This document shows, piece by piece, positions 57,955 to 64,000 of a stretch of DNA of 64,000 nucleotides. The notes beneath the pieces were generated by a model. That model saw only the letters and a list, made by a program, of their open reading frames with translations, had not been told where the DNA came from and ran no database searches. The stretch is from the IMG/VR virus record IMGVR_UViG_3300043449_002525; one strand, 5' to 3'. Origin of the DNA: an uncultured virus (IMG/VR IMGVR_UViG_3300043449_002525) (Duplodnaviria > Heunggongvirae > Uroviricota > Caudoviricetes). The translations under genes and the position numbers were made by a program. Within the stretch, counting starts at the first letter, position 1. Each line of letters begins with the position of its first letter.

Positions 57955-58918
57955 TCTGAGCCGATCACAGACTGTCCTACTCGTGGATGCGATGGGGTTG
58001 TACTTGAGACACTTCGTCGCTCATCCAGCGATGGGTAAGGACGGCCAGCACGTAGGTGGGATTGTGGGCTTTCTCCTCGATCTAAAGCGGATCGTGGAGC
58101 GCTTTAAGCCAAATCCCATCTACGTCGTCTGGGAGGGTGGTGGATCACCTCGTCGAAGAGCGATCTATAAAGACTACAAGAGCCATCGACGCCCCGAGCG
58201 GTTGAATAGGTTCTACGAGAATGATATCCCAAATACTGTCTCCGATCGAGACAACCAGATTAAGACACTGGTGCGGCTGCTAAAGCTAACACCAATATGT
58301 CAGATCTATGTGCCTGACTGTGAGGCAGATGATGTCATCGGTTACATGTCACGATACCACTGCAAGGATGCGCTGAAGATCATCTTATCGGCTGACAAAG
58401 ATTACTACCAGTTGATCTCTGAGGGATCGATCATCTACTCACCCACCTGGAAGAAGCTGGTGCAGGAGCAGGATGTTCTCGAGAGGTTCGGCGTCCATCC
58501 TGTCAACTTCTCAGTTGCCAAAGCGATCTGCGGTGACGACTCAGACAACATACCAGGTGTCGACGGTGTAGGGTTCAAGACGCTGGCTAAGCGTTTTCCA
58601 AGTCTGTCGCAGACGAATGAAGTCACAGTGCAGGATATTCTGCAGGAAGCGAGAGCAAAAGTTGAGTGTGGATCCAAGGTGCAAGCCTACCAGCACATTG
58701 CGGAGAATGAGATCCTCATCAATCGTAACTTCTCGCTTGTCCATTTAGATACAGCGAACTTGGCTGCTTACCAGATCGATAGGATCAACGGGATCTGTGA
58801 TACTTTTAAGCCTACACGCAATAAGATAGAGTTCATAAGGGCCCTCATTCATGAAGGCATCCAGACGTTCAACGTCGATCAATTCTTCCTAGCCCTCTCA
58901 CACATCCAGACAGGATAA
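57947..58918 (+). CDS. 5'-3' exonuclease / flap endonuclease (PolI N-terminal, T4 RNase H-like)
   Basis: LLVDAMG, YKSHR, EADDVIG, SADKDYYQL, GDDSDNIPGVDGVGFKT. Confidence 0.92.
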   Translation: MSDLSRSQTVLLVDAMGLYLRHFVAHPAMGKDGQHVGGIVGFLLDLKRIVERFKPNPIYVVWEGGGSPRRRAIYKDYKSHRRPERLNRFYENDIPNTVSDRDNQIKTLVRLLKLTPICQIYVPDCEADDVIGYMSRYHCKDALKIILSADKDYYQLISEGSIIYSPTWKKLVQEQDVLERFGVHPVNFSVAKAICGDDSDNIPGVDGVGFKTLAKRFPSLSQTNEVTVQDILQEARAKVECGSKVQAYQHIAENEILINRNFSLVHLDTANLAAYQIDRINGICDTFKPTRNKIEFIRALIHEGIQTFNVDQFFLALSHIQTG

Positions 58919-58919
58919 A

Positions 58920-60287
58920 ATGCACGATCCGCACTTTAAACAGTACGGTAAGCAGTTCCAGGAGAAGATTTTCCAAGGACTGCTGACTGACCGATCTTGG
59001 GCGACTCAGATGATTGAGATCATGTCGCCCACCTTCTTTGAGCTGAAGTACCTGCAGTTCCTCACACAGCGGTACTTTGACTACTACCAGAAGTACAAGG
59101 ACTTTCCAACTCTAAGCCTTCTTGTCACAATTATTCGTGACGACCTGAAGGAAGGTAAGGACATTGTCCTCCGCGACCAGATCGTTGAGTTCCTCCAACG
59201 CATTCGCGTCAACCCAGACATGGGTGATGTGCAGTACGTCAAGGATAAGACACTTGACTTCTGCAAGAAGCAGGCGATGAAGGAGGCGCTGGAGAAGGCT
59301 GTCGAGATGATTGCGACAGACAATCTCGACTCCGTCATGGACCTGATGAAGAATGCTCTGTCAGCAGGCACACCAGCTGCAATTGGTCATGACTTCTTCG
59401 AAGACACTGAGGCACGGTTCATCAGGACGCGTCGTCTCACATGCCCAACTGGACTGCCGCAGATTGATGCACAGGATGTCCTTAATGGCGGGCTGGGTCG
59501 TGGCGAGCTGGGTGTAGTCATCGCACCGACAGGTGTGGGTAAGTCACACTTCCTTGTTCAAATGGGCGCGGAGGCTTTGCGTGTCGGTAAGAATGTCGTT
59601 CACTATACCTTTGAGCTATCTGAGACTGCTGTTGGTCTACGTTATGACTCTAATCTCTGCGGCATTCCAAGCAGTGATGTCATAGACAGAAAAGAAGAAG
59701 TCATCGAATTCTACAAGAACAACTCGCTTGGCCGTCTAATTATCAAAGAGTATCCAACAGGCACGCCGTCTGTTCAGACACTTAGAAATCACATTGAGAA
59801 GCTTCTTCTGAAGTCGTTCGTTCCCAGTGTGATCATCATCGACTACGCAGACATCATGAAGTCATCACGTAAATTCGATTCGCTTCGACACGAATTAAAG
59901 CTCGTCTATGAGGAGCTTCGTAATCTGTCCATGGATCTCAATGTTCCAATCTGGACAGCATCTCAGGCAAATCGTGAAGCGTCTAACTCAGAAGTTGTAG
60001 GTCTTGAGAACATGTCGGAAGCATACGGCAAGGCAATGGTTGCTGACGTTGTGCTCTCAATCTCTCGAAAGCCCAATGAAAAGGCAACAGGCGCAGGGCG
60101 TATCTTCGTCGCCAAGAATCGAGCCGGACGTGATGGAATGCTCTATCCAATGCGGATCGACACATCAATGTCTAAGTTCGAGCTGATGGACACAAATGAG
60201 ATGTCTGTTGACGATGTTGTCAAAGCTGACGGCTCTAGCATGAAGAAGCTTCTCAAAGAGAAGTGGGAAGAGATTAACGGTAAGTGA
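58920..60287 (+). CDS. Replicative DnaB-family helicase (gp41-like)
   Basis: GGLGRGELGVVIAPTGVGKS, YTFEL, IKEYPT, IIIDYAD, WTASQANR, KNRAGRDG. Confidence 0.92.
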   Translation: MHDPHFKQYGKQFQEKIFQGLLTDRSWATQMIEIMSPTFFELKYLQFLTQRYFDYYQKYKDFPTLSLLVTIIRDDLKEGKDIVLRDQIVEFLQRIRVNPDMGDVQYVKDKTLDFCKKQAMKEALEKAVEMIATDNLDSVMDLMKNALSAGTPAAIGHDFFEDTEARFIRTRRLTCPTGLPQIDAQDVLNGGLGRGELGVVIAPTGVGKSHFLVQMGAEALRVGKNVVHYTFELSETAVGLRYDSNLCGIPSSDVIDRKEEVIEFYKNNSLGRLIIKEYPTGTPSVQTLRNHIEKLLLKSFVPSVIIIDYADIMKSSRKFDSLRHELKLVYEELRNLSMDLNVPIWTASQANREASNSEVVGLENMSEAYGKAMVADVVLSISRKPNEKATGAGRIFVAKNRAGRDGMLYPMRIDTSMSKFELMDTNEMSVDDVVKADGSSMKKLLKEKWEEINGK

Positions 60288-60318
60288 TCGACATGTATTG
60301 TAATGAAAGGAGTCAGGA

Positions 60319-62793
60319 ATGTCTTTAAATCAGAGTGTTGCGGAATACTTCATGGGCGACGATCTCGCTGCTGACGTCTTCAACAAGTACGCCTTGCGTG
60401 ATAATGCGGGCAATAGGATTGAGCAGCTTCCCACCGAGACGTTCCGTCGTCTCGCTAGGGAGTTTGCCCGCATCGAGGCGAAGTATCCCAACCCATTGTC
60501 TGAGGAGGAGATCTTCGATCTTCTTGACGGCTTCAAGCAGGTCGTCCCACAGGGCTCACCGCTATCAGGTATTGGAAACCACTACCAGCACCAGAGCCTG
60601 TCGAATTGCTTCGTTGTCGACCAACCCCACGACAGCTACGCAGGTATTCTCTTTACTGACCAAGAGCAAGTTCAGATCATGAAGCGTCGCGGTGGTGTAG
60701 GATTTGACATCTCCACTATCCGCCCCAAGGGCCAACCGACTTCTAATGCAGCACGGACAACTGACGGCATCGGCGTCTTCATGGAGAGGTTCTCGAACTC
60801 CTGCCGTGAAGTTGCGCAGGGTGGTCGTCGTGGTGCTCTCATGCTAACGATCGACTGTCGTCACCCTGAGATTGAGACCTTCATCGATATCAAGCGTGAC
60901 CTGAAGAAGGTCACTGGTGCCAACATCTCGATCCGCTTCACCGACGAGTTCATGCGAGCAGTCGAGAGTAGTTCTGACTTTACACTTCGCTGGCCCGTCG
61001 AGGCTCCCGTTGAGGAAGCACAGATCACCAAGACGATCAATGCAAAGCAGGTCTGGGATAAGTTCATCGACGCAGCATGGGCCTCAGCTGAGCCAGGTGC
61101 TCTTTTCTGGGACACGGTAGTGAACCAGGGCATCGTGGATTGCTACCGAGATGTCGGTTACAAGACGATCTCCACCAATCCATGCGGTGAGATCCCACTC
61201 AGCCCGTACGACTCCTGTCGCCTGATGGTCGTCAATCTGACTTCATTCGTCAATGACCCGTTCGGCTCGAATCCCACCTTCGATTTTGGCCGCTTCAACA
61301 CGGTGGTCATGAAGGCCCAGCGTCTGATGGACGACCTAGTTGATCTCGAGGTCGAGTGTGTTGATCGGATCCTCCAGAAGATTGAGAGCGACCCGCAACC
61401 TGAGCACGTTAAGCGAGTGGAGCGTGATCTTTGGAATAAGATCCGTGCAGCAGGTCTCAACGGTCGTAGAACTGGTCTCGGCGTTACGGGCCTTGGCGAC
61501 ACTCTTGCTGCGCTGAACATCCAGTACGGCAGCAAGTGCTCAATCGAAGTGACCGAGGAGATCTACAAGGCTCTCGCGGTCGGTGCACATCGTTCCTCAC
61601 TCATCATGGCAAGAGAGCGCGGTGCATTCCCAGTTTGGGATTACCAGAAGGAGAAGGACCACGACTACCTGCAGAAGGTGATCAACACCTGCAACGGTGA
61701 GTACCACGACATGTGGCAGACGACTGGCCGACGTAACATTGCACTCACTACGACAGCACCCGTAGGCTCCATCTCCTGCCTCACGCAGACAACGAGCGGC
61801 ATTGAGCCTGCCTTTCTGCTCTCCTACAAGCGCCGTCGCAAGATCACGCAGGGCGACACGAAGACCGTGCCCGACTTCGTCGACCAGCTAGGTGACAAGT
61901 GGCAGGAGTACACTGTCTACCACCACTGGTTCAAGAAGTGGATGGACGTCACAGGCAAGACTGACCCACAGGAGAGCCCATACTGGGGTGGCACGGCCAA
62001 TGACATCGACTGGGTGAAGTCGGTCGACATCCAGGCAGCAGCTCAGCGATGGATCGACCACAGCATCAGCAAGACCTGCAACCTTCCAAACTCTGCAACT
62101 CGTGAGACAGTCAACGACGTCTACATGCGTGCATGGAAGGAGGGATGCAAGGGCTTTACAGTCTATCGTGATGGCTGCCGCACTGGTGTCCTCATCTCCA
62201 CAGAGGAGAAGAAAGAGGCACCCAAGACAGCAGCAGACTTCCACCCAAAGCGCCCAAAGGAGCTCCCCTGCGACATTCACCGCGTCAACATCAAGGACGA
62301 GAGCGGTAAGTCACAATCTTGGATGGTCCTCGTGGGTCTCAACGACGGTGTCCCATATGAAGTCTTCAGCGGCCTTGCTGACCACATCGAGGTCCCCAAG
62401 AAGACCAAGAGTGGCGTCCTCATCCGTAACGGCAAGAAGGACGGTGTCGCTACCTACAACCTTCGTGTTCCAGTCGGTAATGACGACGAGATCCTCTTTA
62501 AGGACGTGGTGAACCTGTTCGCCAACCCGACACAGGGTGCCTTCACGAGGACGATCTCTCTGGCACTCCGGCACGGCATTCCAGTCAACTTCGTGGTGGA
62601 TCAGCTCCAGAAGGATAAGGAGTCAGACATGTTCACTTTCTCTCGTTGTGTCGCCCGTGTCCTCAAGGGCTACATCCCAGACGGTACAAAGTCCACGTCA
62701 GAGAAGAAGTGCAAGGAGTGCGGTAGCGACCAGGTATTCTATATGGAAGGTTGCCTAACATGCAGCAGCTGCGGTGCCTCTAAGTGCTCTTGA
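60319..62793 (+). CDS. nrdJ: Class II (B12-dependent) ribonucleotide reductase
   Basis: SLSNCFV, RRGGVG, GGRRGALM, TNPCGEIPL, RRTGLGVTG, TTAPVGSIS, ISKTCNLP, C-terminal Zn ribbon CKECG...EGCLTCSSCGASKC; no beta subunit alongside. Confidence 0.88.
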   Translation: MSLNQSVAEYFMGDDLAADVFNKYALRDNAGNRIEQLPTETFRRLAREFARIEAKYPNPLSEEEIFDLLDGFKQVVPQGSPLSGIGNHYQHQSLSNCFVVDQPHDSYAGILFTDQEQVQIMKRRGGVGFDISTIRPKGQPTSNAARTTDGIGVFMERFSNSCREVAQGGRRGALMLTIDCRHPEIETFIDIKRDLKKVTGANISIRFTDEFMRAVESSSDFTLRWPVEAPVEEAQITKTINAKQVWDKFIDAAWASAEPGALFWDTVVNQGIVDCYRDVGYKTISTNPCGEIPLSPYDSCRLMVVNLTSFVNDPFGSNPTFDFGRFNTVVMKAQRLMDDLVDLEVECVDRILQKIESDPQPEHVKRVERDLWNKIRAAGLNGRRTGLGVTGLGDTLAALNIQYGSKCSIEVTEEIYKALAVGAHRSSLIMARERGAFPVWDYQKEKDHDYLQKVINTCNGEYHDMWQTTGRRNIALTTTAPVGSISCLTQTTSGIEPAFLLSYKRRRKITQGDTKTVPDFVDQLGDKWQEYTVYHHWFKKWMDVTGKTDPQESPYWGGTANDIDWVKSVDIQAAAQRWIDHSISKTCNLPNSATRETVNDVYMRAWKEGCKGFTVYRDGCRTGVLISTEEKKEAPKTAADFHPKRPKELPCDIHRVNIKDESGKSQSWMVLVGLNDGVPYEVFSGLADHIEVPKKTKSGVLIRNGKKDGVATYNLRVPVGNDDEILFKDVVNLFANPTQGAFTRTISLALRHGIPVNFVVDQLQKDKESDMFTFSRCVARVLKGYIPDGTKSTSEKKCKECGSDQVFYMEGCLTCSSCGASKCS

Positions 62794-62810
62794 TCTAAGA
62801 AGAGCGCATT

Positions 62811-62840
62811 GAAAGGCTGCCTTCGGGCAGCCTTTCTTGT
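62811..62840 (+). terminator. Rho-independent terminator after nrdJ
   Basis: GAAAGGCTGCC-TTCG-GGCAGCCTTTC then TTGT. Confidence 0.85.
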
Positions 62841-62865
62841 AAACAAACAATACGGGAGTTAAGAT
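62837..62865 (+). promoter_or_regulatory. Sigma70-type promoter, predicted leaderless clpP mRNA
   Basis: TTGTAA-N17-TAAGAT; ATG 62872 follows after a 6-nt gap. Confidence 0.6.
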
Positions 62866-62871
62866 AACTAC

Positions 62872-63474
62872 ATGAACATCATCACACGCGTATCCCCCCT
62901 CGTTAAGGAGTGCGAACTTCGCGCTCCGCCCATCATCATCCGCGTCAACAAGTTTGATGAGGATGCTGCCAAAGAGTTTAACCAGCACATGTCAATTGCC
63001 CAGTCATCTGGGCAGAGTGTTATTCCTGTCGTGATTGACAGTTACGGTGGTGAGGTATACTCACTCATGACTATGATCGACGCGATCAAGTCGTCACGTA
63101 TCCCAGTCGCAACCATCGTCGAGGGCAAGGCAATGTCCTGTGGTGCAGTCCTGCTCACTTGCGGTGCGCCCGGCATGCGCTATGCATCGCCCAATGCTAC
63201 CATCATGATCCACGAGGTTGCAAGCGGCAATCGTGGTAAGGTCGAGGAGATCAAGGCCGACGCTAAGGAGACAGATCGTCTCAACGAGAAGATCCTCAAG
63301 ATCATGGCACAGAACATCGGCAAGGATGAGGATTACTTCCTCGACGAGATCCACACCAAGAAGCACGCTGACTGGTACCTCGAGCCAGAAGAAGCAAAAG
63401 AGATCGGCCTTGTTAACCATGTCAAAGTACCAGAGATGATGTTAACAGTGGATGTGAAGTACAAGTTTGAGTAG
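62872..63474 (+). CDS. clpP: ClpP-family serine protease
   Basis: IDSYGGEV, KAMSCGA (Ser), IMIHE (His), DWYLEPEEAKEIGLV. Confidence 0.88.
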   Translation: MNIITRVSPLVKECELRAPPIIIRVNKFDEDAAKEFNQHMSIAQSSGQSVIPVVIDSYGGEVYSLMTMIDAIKSSRIPVATIVEGKAMSCGAVLLTCGAPGMRYASPNATIMIHEVASGNRGKVEEIKADAKETDRLNEKILKIMAQNIGKDEDYFLDEIHTKKHADWYLEPEEAKEIGLVNHVKVPEMMLTVDVKYKFE

Positions 63475-63826
63475 AAGAGCTGAGATCTTTATAAAGGTTA
63501 TTGCGTGGCGGATTATATCTGTCACGCTTAGCTTCTTTGTCATCTATCATTTTACAGGTAGCGTGGCGACAACGACCCACGCACTTGCAATCGGAACAAG
63601 CATAGGAATAGTGTCCCAGTGGCTATTTGAGATGACGTGGGACACGTTTATACGGAGCAGATTGAGACATGCCCTTTCAGGACAACAAGGTAGAATTGAT
63701 CGGTTACTACGGTGGAGACGAGGCACACGCGATGTCAGCGTGGACGAGCACGAGCCGAGATCTGACGGAAGAGAAGCGTGGAAGGATCCCAACGCTCCTG
63801 AAAATGCTGGCCGAGAATGGACATGA
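63467..63826 (+). CDS. Small membrane protein, DUF2061-like
   Basis: KVIAWRIISVTLSFFVIYHFTGS...QWLFEMTW with two hydrophobic segments; C-terminal part overlaps thyX. Confidence 0.5.
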   Translation: MSRRAEIFIKVIAWRIISVTLSFFVIYHFTGSVATTTHALAIGTSIGIVSQWLFEMTWDTFIRSRLRHALSGQQGRIDRLLRWRRGTRDVSVDEHEPRSDGREAWKDPNAPENAGREWT

Positions 63827-64000
63827 GACACCCTTCGAGAAGTCAAGCCTGCACTTCCTGGTCACAGTCGATGCTGCAACTCACATCCATCTCCTGAAGC
63901 ATCGGATCGGCGTCTCGATCAACGGCGAGTCAGCGCGGTACAAGGAACTTCGAGATGACAAGTATTACCTCCCGAAGGATTGGTCACTCGAAGAGCAGGC
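63669..64000 (+). CDS. thyX: Flavin-dependent thymidylate synthase, truncated by window end
   Basis: Not in the track. ATG 63669 after GGAG; MPFQDNKVELIG...GHETPFEKSSLHF...LLKHRIGVSINGESARY matches the ThyX RHR-x7-S-x-R signature with K in place of the first R. Confidence 0.85.
   Translation, partial: MPFQDNKVELIGYYGGDEAHAMSAWTSTSRDLTEEKRGRIPTLLKMLAENGHETPFEKSSLHFLVTVDAATHIHLLKHRIGVSINGESARYKELRDDKYYLPKDWSLEEQ

Noticed and set aside
21785..62793. Inteins or introns in terL, recA, helicase or nrdJ
   Set aside because: Lengths are ordinary, motifs are contiguous, and no intein termini or homing-endonuclease motifs were seen.
1..64000. Many short minus-strand and alternate-frame ORFs in the track (e.g. 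41888..42544, 55106..55702, 31022..31537)
   Set aside because: They overlap well-supported + strand genes, lack motifs and look like shadows of biased codon usage.
1..64000. Stop-codon reassignment as in some large phages
   Set aside because: TAA, TAG and TGA each end recognisable full-length genes and coding density is already high.

Overview
A 64-kb stretch of a large T4-like myovirus (contractile-tailed, probably jumbo, bacteriophage) genome. Every credible gene is on the + strand, densely packed, in the standard code (TAA, TAG and TGA all end genes). Order: tail/baseplate-like structural block (1-16135); RuvC-like resolvase, primase and a single-chain Mre11-Rad50 (SbcD-SbcC) fusion (16098-21174); head module with terminase, portal, prohead protease, small acidic proteins, scaffold and major capsid (21405-32399); neck and tail module with gp13/14/15-like genes, two tandem sheath genes, tube, assembly chaperone, tape measure and baseplate hub genes (33135-53440); replication and nucleotide block with a minimal PolA, HD protein, SSB, RecA, 5'-3' exonuclease, helicase, class II RNR, ClpP, a DUF2061-like gene and a truncated ThyX (53478-64000). 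Signals not in the ORF track: a candidate late promoter ATANTTA before about a dozen structural genes; sigma70-type promoters predicted to start on the initiation codon; a probable +1/-2 frameshift on a U7 run in the tail chaperone; a hairpin plus 7-nt-period TTAA array before the SSB; small late proteins sharing an N-terminal L(R/K)x(I/L/M)(I/V)xE-like motif; and a stripped PolA coupled to a degenerate HD protein. All calls come from motif recognition by eye; no searches were run.
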